DNA of 64,000 nucleotides, taken from assembly GCA_963805625.1 (NCBI GenBank), contig CAWDVE010000019.1, forward strand, positions 352,001-416,000. The letters run 5' to 3'. The position numbers were made by a program, and so were the translations under genes. The notes beneath the pieces are model-generated. The model saw only the letters and a list, made by a program, of their open reading frames with translations. It was not told the DNA's origin and searched no databases. Below, one piece after another: positions 18,453 through 30,004 of this stretch; position 1 is the first letter of the stretch, and the number at the start of each line of letters is the position of its first letter. The stretch comes from an uncultured Candidatus Rokubacteria bacterium (GTDB lineage: Bacteria > Methylomirabilota > Methylomirabilia > Rokubacteriales > DASRDR01).

Positions 18453-19391
18453 ATGCTCTCGATCGTCACGCTCACCATGAACCCCGCCGTCGACGAGAGC
18501 ACCAGCGTGCCCTACGTCCTCCCGGACCGAAAGCTTCGCTGCCAGGCCCCGACGTACGAGCCTGGAGGCGGGGGGATCAACGTCGCGCGAGCGATCCGGA
18601 AGCTCGGAGGGGACGCGCTGCTCTGCTTCCCCGTGGCGGGGCCGGCCGGTGAGCTGCTCAAGCGCCTGCTCGACGCCGAGGGCCTGCGTTACACGCCGAT
18701 GCCCGTCAACGGCTGGACGCGGGAGAACCTCAACGTGCTGGAGGAAGTCAGCGGCCGCCAGTTCCGGTTTTGCATGCCGGGCGCGGCCCTTGGCGACCAC
18801 GAGTGGCCGATCTTCCTCGACTGGGTGCGTCAGCTGCGTCCCGCGCCCGACTTCCTGGTGGCGAGCGGCAGCTTGCCGCCCGGGGTGCCGGTCGACTTCT
18901 ATGCGCGCCTGGCGGCGGTGGGCCGACAGATTGGAAGCCGGGTCGTCCTGGACACCTCCGGCGCGCCGCTGGCCCGCGCCGTCGACGAGGGAGTCTATCT
19001 GCTGAAGCCGAGCCTTCAGGAGTTTCGGGCCCTGATGGGCGAGCCCGAGGGCGACGAGTCCAACCTCGCAAACCTCGCGGCCATCGTCGTCAAGCGCGGC
19101 TGGTGCGAGATTCTCGTCCTCTCGCTCGGGGCGGGGGGCGCCCTCTGGGTGACCGCCTCGGAGCGGGAGCGGCTCGCGTCGCCGGCTGTCCGCGTCAAGA
19201 GCAGCGTGGGGGCCGGCGACAGCATGGTGGGGGGCATCGTGCTCTCCCTGGCCCGGGGCCGAGCCATAGGCGAGGCGGTCCGCTTCGGGGTCGCTGCCGG
19301 GGCGGCGGCCGTGATGAACCCCGGAACCGCGCTCTGCCGTCGCGAAGACGTGGAACGACTGTACCCGCAGGTGATGACATCACCCGGTTAA
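18453..19391 (+). CDS. pfkB: PfkB-family hexose-phosphate kinase (6-phosphofructokinase II-like)
   Basis: TLTMNPAVD, PGGGGINVAR, SGSLPPG, SSVGAGDSMVGG. Confidence 0.88.
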   Translation: MLSIVTLTMNPAVDESTSVPYVLPDRKLRCQAPTYEPGGGGINVARAIRKLGGDALLCFPVAGPAGELLKRLLDAEGLRYTPMPVNGWTRENLNVLEEVSGRQFRFCMPGAALGDHEWPIFLDWVRQLRPAPDFLVASGSLPPGVPVDFYARLAAVGRQIGSRVVLDTSGAPLARAVDEGVYLLKPSLQEFRALMGEPEGDESNLANLAAIVVKRGWCEILVLSLGAGGALWVTASERERLASPAVRVKSSVGAGDSMVGGIVLSLARGRAIGEAVRFGVAAGAAAVMNPGTALCRREDVERLYPQVMTSPG

Positions 19392-19411
19392 CAAGAGACG
19401 AGGAGGAATTC

Positions 19412-19831
19412 ATGAAGGCTCGTGACGTGATGACGGCGAATCCGATCACCGTGACTCCTCAGGCGACCCTCGCGGAGGTGTGGGATATCATGCGCGAGGC
19501 TGACATTCGCCACGTGCCGGTCGCGCGCGGGGGAATCCTGATCGGCATGCTGAGCGACCGCGATCTCGCCTCTCTCGACGTGGGACGGGTGCTGACGACG
19601 GAGGGAGCCGATGCCCTCAGGCGGGCACTTGGCGCGCCGGTCGTCGCTGCGATGAGCTCCGACGTGATCTCCGTCGACCCCGAGGCCGATCTGGGCGACG
19701 TGATCGACCTGATGATCGAGAACAAGGTGGGCGCGATCCCCGTCGTCCTTCCCGACACGCGTGAAGTGGTGGGAATCGCCAGCTACATCGACGTGCTGCG
19801 GGCCGTCCAGGAACTGGTCTCCGAGGAATGA
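19412..19831 (+). CDS. CBS-pair domain protein
   Basis: MKARDVMTANP; RHVPV..GMLSDRD; KVGAIPVV; RBS AGGAGG. Confidence 0.9.
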   Translation: MKARDVMTANPITVTPQATLAEVWDIMREADIRHVPVARGGILIGMLSDRDLASLDVGRVLTTEGADALRRALGAPVVAAMSSDVISVDPEADLGDVIDLMIENKVGAIPVVLPDTREVVGIASYIDVLRAVQELVSEE

Positions 19832-19970
19832 GCTTCCCCGGGATGTCGTAGGGTGGCCGACTTCCGCGGCCGGGTCGCGGTGCTGGGCTGCAGCCGGCCA
19901 CCGTGCCCGAGGGCCTGGTCCTGACATCGCGAGCCCTCGAGTTGATGCCGCGCGGTGGAGGCGTAGTGAA

Positions 19971-21977
19971 ATGAGTGACCTGTCAGACGCCCGAGCATAT
20001 ATGGTTCGTACCCATATCGCCGCCCGCGGCGTCCGTGATCCAGCCGTGCTCGCGGCGATGCGGGATGTCCCGCGCGAAGCGTTTCTCCCCGCGGAACTCG
20101 AGGAGTTCGCGTACGCGGATGCACCCCTGCCGATCGAGCGCGGGCAGACGATCTCGCAGCCGTACATCGTCGCGCTGATGACGGCGGCAGCGGCGCTCCG
20201 CCCCGGTGATCGTGTGCTGGAGGTGGGGACGGGGTCGGGCTACGCGGCGGCGATTCTCGGCCGGATCGCTCACGAGGTCTATACCATCGAGCGGCACGAA
20301 GAGCTGGCGCGCGTCGCGGCCGAGCGGCTTGCCCATCTCGGATTCTCGAACGTTTCGGTGCTCCATGGCGACGGGACGCTCGGCTGGCCCGAGCACGCTC
20401 CGTACGACGCGATCGTCGTTGCGGCGGGGGGGCCGAAGGTGCCCGAGGCGCTCCTCGACCAGTTGGCACCTGGCGGGCGCCTCGTGATCCCGGTGGGGGA
20501 GGGCCGCGGCGTCCAGCGCCTGCTTCGGGTGACTCGGGGAGCGGATGGGCGGCTTCACGAGGAAGAGCTCGGCGACGTGCGCTTCGTGCCACTGATCGGG
20601 GCCCAGGGCTGGATGGCAGAGCCGACCGAATGGAACGGGCGTCCCTCGCAGGCCCCGAGCCGCCCCGGAATCCTGGTTCACCTCGTGCGCGAAGTCGCCG
20701 AGCCGATCGAGTCGATCGATGGCCAGGATCTCGGGGCGCTGCTCGAGCGTCTCGGCCGAGCGAGGCTGGTGCTGATCGGTGAAGCGTCGCACGGCACGTC
20801 CGAGTTTTACCGGATGCGTGCCCGCATCACCCAGGAGCTCATCCGCACGCGCGGATTCGGAATCGTCGCGGTCGAGGCCGACTGGCCCGACGCGCGCCGC
20901 GTCGGTCGCTACGTCCAGGCCCTTCCAGACGGGCACCGTCCCGAGGTAGCGGCCTTCACGCGGTTCCCCACGTGGATGTGGCGGAATCACGAGACCTGGG
21001 GATTCGTCGAGTGGCTCCGGGCCTTCAACGCCGAGATCCGCGAGCCCGCGCGACGCGCGGGTTTCTACGGCCTCGACCTCTACAGCCTCTTCGCGTCGAT
21101 TCGCTCGGTCCTCGAATACCTGGAGCGGGTGGACCCGGCGGCGGCGCGTCTTGCGCGCGAACGATACTCCTGCTTGACGCCCTGGCAGGCCGACCCGCAG
21201 GCTTATGGGCGCGCCGCCCTCAGCGGACGCTACCGCGTCTGCGAGAAGGAGGCAGTGGCGATGTTGCGCGACATGCTCGGCCGGGAGCTGGACTATGCGG
21301 AGCGGGACGGCGAGCGGTTCCTCGACGCGGTGCAGAACGCACGCCTCGTTGCCGACGCCGAGCGCTACTACCGAGCGATGTACTACGGGGCGAGCGAGTC
21401 GTGGAACCAGCGCGACCGGCACATGTTCGACACGCTCGAGCGCCTGCTCGCGTTCCACGGACCGTCGTCGAAGGCCGTCGTGTGGGCGCACAACTCGCAC
21501 CTCGGCGACGCGCGAGCGACCGAGATGAGCGCGCGCGGCGAGCTGAACCTGGGACAGCTGTGCCGGCAACGATTCGGCGACGCGGTCTCCCTGGTCGGCT
21601 TCGGCACCGATCACGGGACGGTTGCCGCCGCGCACGACTGGGATGGGCCAATGCGGATCATGAACCTGCGCCCGGCCCATCCCGAGAGCTACGAGCGGCT
21701 GTGTCACGACTCGGGCGTCAAGGCCTTCCTGCTGCATCTCCGCGAGCCGTCGCGCGAGGAGGTGCGCACGGAGCTGGCGCCTTCGCGGCTCGAGCGCGCC
21801 GTCGGCGTCATCTACCGGCCGGACACCGAGCTACAGAGCCACTACTTCCATGCCTCGCTGCCATACCAATTCGACGAGTACATCTGGTTCGACGAGACGC
21901 AGGCGCTACGGCCCATCACGACCGCCGAGACGAGCACGCTCCTGGCGCTCCATCCATTCAGCACCGGAGCGGCCTGA
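19971..21977 (+). CDS. pcm: Protein-L-isoaspartate O-methyltransferase fused to an erythromycin-esterase-family domain
   Basis: GQTISQP, LEVGTGSGY, APYDAI; then IGEASHGTSEFY, EADWPDA, FYGLDLYS, VWAHNSH. Confidence 0.9.
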   Translation: MSDLSDARAYMVRTHIAARGVRDPAVLAAMRDVPREAFLPAELEEFAYADAPLPIERGQTISQPYIVALMTAAAALRPGDRVLEVGTGSGYAAAILGRIAHEVYTIERHEELARVAAERLAHLGFSNVSVLHGDGTLGWPEHAPYDAIVVAAGGPKVPEALLDQLAPGGRLVIPVGEGRGVQRLLRVTRGADGRLHEEELGDVRFVPLIGAQGWMAEPTEWNGRPSQAPSRPGILVHLVREVAEPIESIDGQDLGALLERLGRARLVLIGEASHGTSEFYRMRARITQELIRTRGFGIVAVEADWPDARRVGRYVQALPDGHRPEVAAFTRFPTWMWRNHETWGFVEWLRAFNAEIREPARRAGFYGLDLYSLFASIRSVLEYLERVDPAAARLARERYSCLTPWQADPQAYGRAALSGRYRVCEKEAVAMLRDMLGRELDYAERDGERFLDAVQNARLVADAERYYRAMYYGASESWNQRDRHMFDTLERLLAFHGPSSKAVVWAHNSHLGDARATEMSARGELNLGQLCRQRFGDAVSLVGFGTDHGTVAAAHDWDGPMRIMNLRPAHPESYERLCHDSGVKAFLLHLREPSREEVRTELAPSRLERAVGVIYRPDTELQSHYFHASLPYQFDEYIWFDETQALRPITTAETSTLLALHPFSTGAA

Positions 21978-22072
21978 GGCAGCTGCCCGAGGCCGCCGAG
22001 AGGCCGCAGCAACCTCCGGCGGTAGCGCCCGTGGGATGCGTGCATATTGTTCGCCCTCACTCCCGCGACATG

Positions 22073-22251
22073 CTCGGCGAAGTTGAAGACGTAGCAGTGA
22101 TCCGACGGGGTCGGTTCCTCCCGCGCCGTCCGGGTCAGGACCCGATGCATGGTCGAGGTCCGTCCGGTGCGCGCGGCGCCCACGACGAACATGCTGTAGC
22201 CGGCCGCCGCATGCCGATGCCGAACGGCGTGGCGGCCATCGCGCGGTCCTC
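22073..22251 (-). pseudogene. Fragment of a Lon-like (AAA) ATP-dependent protease N-terminus
   Basis: EDRAMAATPFGIGMRRP / (frameshift) YSMFVVGAARTGRTST...EEPTPSDHCYVFNF. Confidence 0.65.
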
Positions 22252-23727
22252 CTAGCCCTTGATGTTCCCGATGGGGGTGAGGGACACGACCTTTCGGGAG
22301 ATGTCGAGCCGATGGAGGACATCGACGACCTCCGCGAGATCCTTGTAGGCGAAGCCGGCCTCCTCGGCCACACCCGATTTCGACGCGGCGCGCACGAGGA
22401 TACCGCGAGCTTCCATCTCCTGGATCAGCCGCGTGCCGTGGACCCGGCGCTTGGCCTCGTGGCGTGACATCGTGCGCCCGGCGCCGTGGGCCGTCGAGCC
22501 GAAGGTCTCGGCCATCGCATGTGCCGTGCCCACGAGGAGCGCGGAACCGGTTTCCATGGAGCCTCCGATGATCACCGGCTGGCCCACCGCCTGGTATGCC
22601 TCTGGTACGTCCGGAGCGCCGGGACCGAAGGCGCGCGTGGCGCCCTTCCGGTGAACGACCAGCTCCAGGGATTCGCCGTCCACCACGTGGCGCTCCAGCT
22701 TGGCCGTGTTGTGGCAGACGTCGTAGACGACCGACAGCCCGAGCTCGTGAGGGTCGGAGCCAAAGACGGCGCCCATGACCTCCCGGACCCGGTGCGTGAT
22801 TACCTGGCGATTGGCGAACGCCGTGTTGGCCGCCGCCGTCATGGCGGCGAAGTAGGCCTGCCCATCGGGTGAGCGGAACGGCGCGCAGGCGAGCTCGCGA
22901 TCACTGACGGTGATGCCGTAGTGGGGCATCGCCTGGTCGAAGCGGCGGAGGTAGTCCGTCCCGATCTGGTGCCCGAACCCGCGGGAGCCGCAGTGGAGCA
23001 TGACGCACACCTGTCCGGGTCCATCCACCCCCAGGGCCCGGGCCACCTCGGAGTCGTGGATGGCCCCGGGACGGACGACCTGGATCTCGAGATAGTGGTT
23101 GCCGGAGCCGAGCGTCCCCAGTTGGTTCAGACCCCGCTCGAGGGCGCGGGCGCTCACGTGAACGGGATCGGCCCCCGGGAGGCATCCGCGTCCCTCCGTG
23201 TGCTCGAGGTCTTCGGGCCAGCCGTAGCCGTGACGCACGCACCATCCGGCTCCCTCCACCATGACCCGGCGGAACTCGCTGTCGGTCAGTCGCACGAACC
23301 CGTGGGCGCCCACGCCCGACGGGACCGCGCGGAATAGCGCGTCCACGAGGTCGCGCAGCCTGGGCTGCACCTCGGCTTCGGTGAGGCGCGTCCGGATGAG
23401 CCGCATCCCACAGTTGATGTCGAAGCCGATCCCGCCGGGCGAGATGACGCCGTTGTCGGCGCGAAACGCCGCGACGCCACCGATCGGGAAGCCGTACCCC
23501 CAATGCCCATCAGGCATGCAGAGAGCGGCGCGGACGATGCCCGGGAGACAGGCCACGTTCGTCACCTGTTCGAAGACCCCGGCGTCCATCTGCGCGAGCA
23601 ACGTCTCGGAGGCGTAGATGCGCGCCGGGACCCGCATGCCAGCCTTTTGGCTTGCCGGGATCTCCCAGATGCAGTCCCCGGCCGGCTCGACTTTCATCCC
23701 GGACGTTGTTGCGATCGTCACCGGCAT
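22252..23727 (-). CDS. rtcB: RNA-splicing ligase RtcB (archease-dependent type)
   Basis: MPDGHWGYGFPIGG, GIGFDINCG, GTLGSGNHYLE, HCGSRGFG, HRKGAT, HGAGR. Confidence 0.96.
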   Translation of the reverse strand: MPVTIATTSGMKVEPAGDCIWEIPASQKAGMRVPARIYASETLLAQMDAGVFEQVTNVACLPGIVRAALCMPDGHWGYGFPIGGVAAFRADNGVISPGGIGFDINCGMRLIRTRLTEAEVQPRLRDLVDALFRAVPSGVGAHGFVRLTDSEFRRVMVEGAGWCVRHGYGWPEDLEHTEGRGCLPGADPVHVSARALERGLNQLGTLGSGNHYLEIQVVRPGAIHDSEVARALGVDGPGQVCVMLHCGSRGFGHQIGTDYLRRFDQAMPHYGITVSDRELACAPFRSPDGQAYFAAMTAAANTAFANRQVITHRVREVMGAVFGSDPHELGLSVVYDVCHNTAKLERHVVDGESLELVVHRKGATRAFGPGAPDVPEAYQAVGQPVIIGGSMETGSALLVGTAHAMAETFGSTAHGAGRTMSRHEAKRRVHGTRLIQEMEARGILVRAASKSGVAEEAGFAYKDLAEVVDVLHRLDISRKVVSLTPIGNIKG

Positions 23728-23756
23728 TCCCTATGGCCCGCGTGTGCGGCGACCGC

Positions 23757-24185
23757 TCAGATGTCGATCACGAGCCGGGCACGCCAGCCACCGTTGACGG
23801 CGATCACCTCGAACCGGTGGAAGGTCACGGCCTTGGGATCGGCCCGCAGGGCCGTCCGTACCCGATCGATGACGCCGCCGTGGACGTCCGCTTCCAGCCT
23901 GAACGGACCGTCCCCGCTGACCCGAACCCGCGCCTGCGGGAAGACCTCCCGGTCGCGGTCCTTCCGGTAGATGAGCTCAGACAGCCAGTCGTAGAACAAC
24001 AAGTCCACCTCGTCGGCCGAGAGCGCGATCCGCCGCTCGACTGAGGTCTCCACGGTCGCCGGATCGACCATGAGCTCGACTAGGGCGCCCGCCGCTGTCT
24101 CGAAGAGATCGTTCAGGTCCCGGCCTTCGACCTCGAGGGCGCAGTCAGCGAGGGCCACGTTCTCCAAGACTTGATATCGGCCCAC
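23757..24185 (-). CDS. Archease
   Basis: ADCALEVEG..L..LF..A; DWLSELIY; KAVTFH...ARLVIDI; adjacent to rtcB. Confidence 0.9.
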   Translation of the reverse strand: MGRYQVLENVALADCALEVEGRDLNDLFETAAGALVELMVDPATVETSVERRIALSADEVDLLFYDWLSELIYRKDRDREVFPQARVRVSGDGPFRLEADVHGGVIDRVRTALRADPKAVTFHRFEVIAVNGGWRARLVIDI

Positions 24186-24199
24186 ACCGGGACCCCTGG

Positions 24200-24215
24200 T
24201 GCAACCGGAATGCCA
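24200..24215 (-). promoter_or_regulatory. Sigma54 promoter of archease-rtcB
   Basis: TGGCATTCCGGTTGCA. Confidence 0.75.
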
Positions 24216-24266
24216 CGAGCCCCGCGAGCCTTCGGCGGCGATTCAGGCCGCGATCGGCTACCTCGG

Positions 24267-24303
24267 TGGGACATGAATGCCCCGCGAGGGCAAACGAGCC
24301 CCA
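24267..24303. promoter_or_regulatory. Candidate tandem activator site
   Basis: TGGGA-CATGAATG-CCCCG-C-GAGGG-CAAACGAG-CCCCA. Confidence 0.5.
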
Positions 24304-24523
24304 GTTACCCGGCGCCGGCGGCCATTGGCCCGGCGTGGGGCAGGGCACAGCACAGATGGAGTGCGGACAGCGTCGCCGCGGAGATTGCGTCTCCGGCGCA
24401 GCGGCGGCCCATGCCGCGCACGGTCTCGAGGCGTCATGAGGTCGGGTCGATTGATCGACCGCCCGGGGCGCCGGACCCGAGACCCGGGAGAAGTCCGAGG
24501 CGTGCTGAATGCGCCGGCGCGGC

Positions 24524-24793
24524 TCAGGGGGCGGTCCCCTTGCGTGGGGTCGCGTCGAGCGAGGCGAGATACTCGACGCAACCGTCGAGCGAGGCGAGCT
24601 TCGGGTAGTCCGATTCGGGAATGTCCACCCGGAATGCGTGGTGCAGCCCGATCACGAAGTTCAGGAGGTCCATGGAGTCGAGGTCCAGCTGGTCCCGGAA
24701 GCTCACTGCCGGCTTGATTCGACCGAGATCGGCCTCGGGGGCGACCTCCTCCAGGGCGTGGAGGACGGCCGCGCGGATCTCATCCTTGCTCAC
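24524..24793 (-). CDS. Acyl carrier protein
   Basis: RDQLDLDSMD (Ppant serine), IPESDY; GTG start. Confidence 0.85.
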   Translation of the reverse strand: MSKDEIRAAVLHALEEVAPEADLGRIKPAVSFRDQLDLDSMDLLNFVIGLHHAFRVDIPESDYPKLASLDGCVEYLASLDATPRKGTAP

Positions 24794-24837
24794 TGGGCTA
24801 CCCTGGTTGCACGGAGGTTGATCGGACGGCTTCGATC

Positions 24838-24904
24838 GGCCGGTCTTCGACCTGTGGCGGCCGGTCTTCGACCTGTGGCGGCCGGTCTTCGACCTGTGGC
24901 GGCC
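24838..24904. repeat. Perfect tandem repeat, 21 bp x3 (GGCCGGTCTTCGACCTGTGGC)
   Basis: Units at 24838, 24859 and 24880, with no spacers. Confidence 0.95.
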
Positions 24905-24920
24905 TGTGGGTTCATGCGCG

Positions 24921-26057
24921 TTACAACCGGCCCGGCTCCTGCAGGAGCCGATCCACCGCGACCAAGAAGAGCCCGCCGCGATGGCCATCCGTCACGCGGT
25001 GGTCGGCCGAGAGTGTCGCCGTGACGACTGGCCGCGGCATGATCTGGCCCTGGACCACCCAGGGCCGCTCCACGATCTTGCCGAAGCCCACGATCGCGAC
25101 TTGGGGAGGATAGATGATGCCGAAGACGCTCTCCACGCCCTGCTCGCCCAGGCTCGTCACTGTGATCGTAGGATCGGAGAGCTCGGAGCTCCGCAACGTG
25201 CCGGCGCGGGCGCGTATGACGAGGTCGCGGAGACTTCGCATGAGCTCGTCCAGGCTCTGGTGATCCGTGTCGTGCAGGGCGGGGGCGACGAGGCCGCCGG
25301 ATCGCAGAGAGATGGCAACGCCGACGTGGATCACCGGACTCGGCTCGACCTTCCCGGCGATCCATCGCGCGTTCAGCTCCGGGACCTCCCGGAGGGCGAG
25401 CGCCACCGCCTTTATGAGGAGGACGCCGAGGAGAAGGCGGTCCGGCACGGGCCGCTTCGCGTTCTCGACCGCCAACCAGTCTGTGGCGCGACCCAGGTCA
25501 ATCGTGGTGCCGAGGTAGTAATGTGGAATCTCGCGCTTGGCGCGCGCCATGGCAGCCCCGACGGTCTGCCGGAGCTGGGCCTGGCGGTCGACGACGCCCG
25601 GGGGAGGCGCCGGCGGGGTGCCGGATGGGATCGCGGGCTGCTGGGCCGCGGCCCGTTCGACGTCCTCGCGGGTGATCGCCCCGTCCGCGCCGGTCCCCGG
25701 GATCGCGGCCGGGTCGATCCCGAGTTCGGTGGCGAGCTTCCGCGCTAGCGGGGAGATCCGGAGTCGGCGGGACGTCGGCGGAGCCGCCGCGGGTGCCGGG
25801 GACGGAGTCCCGGCCGCTGCGCCGTCCTCTCGAATGAACGCCAGCACCGTTCCGACCGGCACCTTCTGGCCGGGTTGGACCAGGACCCGCTCGAGCACGC
25901 CGTTGGCGAAGATCTCGACGTCGATGAGCCCCTTCTCGGTCTCGACCTCGGCTACGACGTCCCCGCGCTTGACGCGATCACCCGGGTTCTTGCGCCAGGC
26001 GACGAGCGTGCCCGCCTCCATGTCCGCCCCCAGGATCGGCATCAGGAACTCAGCCAC
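24921..26057 (-). CDS. pdhC: 2-oxoacid dehydrogenase E2 (dihydrolipoamide acyltransferase)
   Basis: Lipoyl domain VETEKG, binding domain [12 protein letters not shown], catalytic DHRVTDG. Confidence 0.9.
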   Translation of the reverse strand: MAEFLMPILGADMEAGTLVAWRKNPGDRVKRGDVVAEVETEKGLIDVEIFANGVLERVLVQPGQKVPVGTVLAFIREDGAAAGTPSPAPAAAPPTSRRLRISPLARKLATELGIDPAAIPGTGADGAITREDVERAAAQQPAIPSGTPPAPPPGVVDRQAQLRQTVGAAMARAKREIPHYYLGTTIDLGRATDWLAVENAKRPVPDRLLLGVLLIKAVALALREVPELNARWIAGKVEPSPVIHVGVAISLRSGGLVAPALHDTDHQSLDELMRSLRDLVIRARAGTLRSSELSDPTITVTSLGEQGVESVFGIIYPPQVAIVGFGKIVERPWVVQGQIMPRPVVTATLSADHRVTDGHRGGLFLVAVDRLLQEPGRL

Positions 26058-27036
26058 GGCGCTTTCGCATCTCCCGGATGGCGTGGACGATGGTCGTCGC
26101 CTGGGGCAGGGCCGCGTCCTCGAGGTGCTTCGCGTACGGCATCGGCACCTCGGCGCTGCACAGCCTCGCCACCGGCGCGTCCAGGTCGTAGAAGGCGCCT
26201 TCCATGATCTGGGCGCTGATCTCCGCGGCCAGGCTCCCGGTGCGCCAGGCCTCATCGACGACAAGAGCCCGATGCGTCTTGGCGACCGAGGCCATGATGC
26301 CCTGCGTGTCGAGCGGACGGAGGGAGCGGAGATCGAGGACCTCCGCCTCGATACCCTCCGCGGCGAGTTGCTCGGCGGCCTCGAGACCCTTCCACAGTGA
26401 TCCGCCGTACGTGATCACTGTCACATCGGCACCCGAGCGCCGGACGGCGGCCCGCGTGAGGTCGCGGGGGAGTGCGGTGTCGTCGATCTCGCCCTCCATC
26501 GGGTAGAGCATCGCGTGCTCGAAGATGAAGACGGGATCCGGATCCTGGAGGGCGAGCCGCAGCATGCCCCGGGCGTCGGCCACCGTGGCCGGGGCCACGA
26601 CCCTGATGCCGGGGATGTGCGCGTACCAGCCCTCGAGGCTGTGGGAGTGCTGGGCGGCCAGCTGGCGACCGCCGCCGGTGGCCATGCGCACGACCAGCGG
26701 GACGCTCAGCTGACCGCCCGACATGTGGCGCAGGGTGGCCGCGTTGTTCACGATTTGATCCAGGGCCAGCAGGCTGAAGTTGACGGTCATGATCTCGACG
26801 ATCGGACGCATGCCGCCCAGCGCGGCGCCGACGCCGGCTCCGACGAAGGTCGATTCGGACAGCGGTGTGTCGCGTACTCGGTCGGGTCCGAACTCCTCGA
26901 GGAGACCCTTGCTGCACGCGTAGGCGCCGCCGTAGCATCCGACGTCTTCACCCATGAGGAAGACGCGCGGGTCACCGGCGAGAGCCTCCCGCAGTGCCGC
27001 CCGGACCGCTTCCCGGTAGGTCAGCTTGACGGTCAT
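26050..27036 (-). CDS. pdhB: Pyruvate dehydrogenase E1 beta
   Basis: [23 protein letters not shown]. Confidence 0.92.
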   Translation of the reverse strand: MTVKLTYREAVRAALREALAGDPRVFLMGEDVGCYGGAYACSKGLLEEFGPDRVRDTPLSESTFVGAGVGAALGGMRPIVEIMTVNFSLLALDQIVNNAATLRHMSGGQLSVPLVVRMATGGGRQLAAQHSHSLEGWYAHIPGIRVVAPATVADARGMLRLALQDPDPVFIFEHAMLYPMEGEIDDTALPRDLTRAAVRRSGADVTVITYGGSLWKGLEAAEQLAAEGIEAEVLDLRSLRPLDTQGIMASVAKTHRALVVDEAWRTGSLAAEISAQIMEGAFYDLDAPVARLCSAEVPMPYAKHLEDAALPQATTIVHAIREMRKRRG

Positions 27037-28031
27037 GGGGTCCCGCTCGGGGTGCAGACGTCTCGCGTCAGATCCTCGACTGGCTCCCAGGGCCCCTCCT
27101 CGGCGACCCGGACCGCGTCCTCGATCTCGCCGGCCACCGTGGCCTCGAGGGCAGCCCAGTCGGGGTCCGACAGAAGCCGCCATTCACGAAGCCGGGTTGC
27201 GAAGGTCGCGATCGGATCGCGGGTCTTCCACTGCTCGACCTCTTCCTTGGTGCGATAGAGCTCGGGGTCATACATCGAATGCGCCCGGAATCGGTAGGTC
27301 TGGAGCTCGAGGAAGTGCGGACCGAGCCCGAGCCGGACCGTGTCGGCGACCCGCCGGGTGGCGGCCTCGACGGCGAGGACGTCCATCCCATCCACCACCT
27401 CCGCGCAGAGACCGGCACTCTCCGCCTTGCGTGCGAGATCCGGCTGGGCCTGATGGCGGGCGATGGCCGTCCCCATGGCGTATAGGTTGTTCTCGCACAG
27501 AAAGAGGACGGGAAGCTTCCACAAGGCGGCGAGGTTCAGCGACTCGTGAAACTCGCCCTCGGCGACCGCGCCGTCTCCGAAGAAGCATGCCGTCACCCGA
27601 GCGCGCTCCTGCAGCCGGTCCGCCAGAGCCAGACCCACGGCAATCGGTAGTCCAGCTCCGACGATCGCGTGGCCCCCGTAGAAGCGGCGGCTCACGTCGA
27701 AGAAGTGCATCGAGCCGCCGCGGCCCCGGCTCACTCCGTTGGCCTTCCCGTACATCTCGGCCATCAGCGGTCCCGCTGGGATGCCGCGGGCGAGGGCATG
27801 CCCGTGCTCGCGGTAGGTCGCCACGATGGCATCGTCGGCGGTGAGGGCCTGCATGGCACCCACAGCGACCGCCTCCTCGCCGATGTAGAGATGCAGGAAG
27901 CCGCGGATCTTGCCGACCGTGTACAGCTCGGCCGCCTTTTCCTCGAAGCGGCGGATGCGGAGCATCTCGCGGAGGAGATGAAGCACGCGGTCACGTTCGA
28001 CGGGGAGATTCGGCAGACAGGGAAATGGCAT
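27033..28031 (-). CDS. pdhA: Pyruvate dehydrogenase E1 alpha
   Basis: [22 protein letters not shown]...[12 protein letters not shown]. Confidence 0.93.
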   Translation of the reverse strand: MPFPCLPNLPVERDRVLHLLREMLRIRRFEEKAAELYTVGKIRGFLHLYIGEEAVAVGAMQALTADDAIVATYREHGHALARGIPAGPLMAEMYGKANGVSRGRGGSMHFFDVSRRFYGGHAIVGAGLPIAVGLALADRLQERARVTACFFGDGAVAEGEFHESLNLAALWKLPVLFLCENNLYAMGTAIARHQAQPDLARKAESAGLCAEVVDGMDVLAVEAATRRVADTVRLGLGPHFLELQTYRFRAHSMYDPELYRTKEEVEQWKTRDPIATFATRLREWRLLSDPDWAALEATVAGEIEDAVRVAEEGPWEPVEDLTRDVCTPSGTP

Positions 28032-28039
28032 CGCAGGCC

Positions 28040-29800
<1,761 letters not shown>

Positions 29801-29847
29801 TCATCCCTCCTCGCGAGACAGACACCCCTGCGGTCGCTGGGTCCTGG

Positions 29848-29863
29848 TGCATCCAGGGTGCCA
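29848..29863 (-). promoter_or_regulatory. Putative sigma54 promoter of acsA-pdhABC-acp
   Basis: TGGCACCCTGGATGCA. Confidence 0.65.
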
Positions 29864-29925
29864 CAGGCTTTGTCCATCAAATTGGTGGCTTGTCGACCTC
29901 CGGGCGCTGACGTGCCGCCCCAGCT

Positions 29926-29943
29926 TGGGGTGCGGGTGCCCCA
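29926..29943. promoter_or_regulatory. Candidate activator site
   Basis: TGGGG-TGCGGGTG-CCCCA. Confidence 0.5.
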
Positions 29944-30004
29944 GGGGCTGGTCCGTGAGTGCCCCGGCCGACGCGGATGCCGGCTGATCGCGGCCCGTCG
30001 CGCC

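Noticed and set aside
24838-24904. CRISPR array
   Set aside because: Head-to-tail identical units with no spacers and no cas genes.
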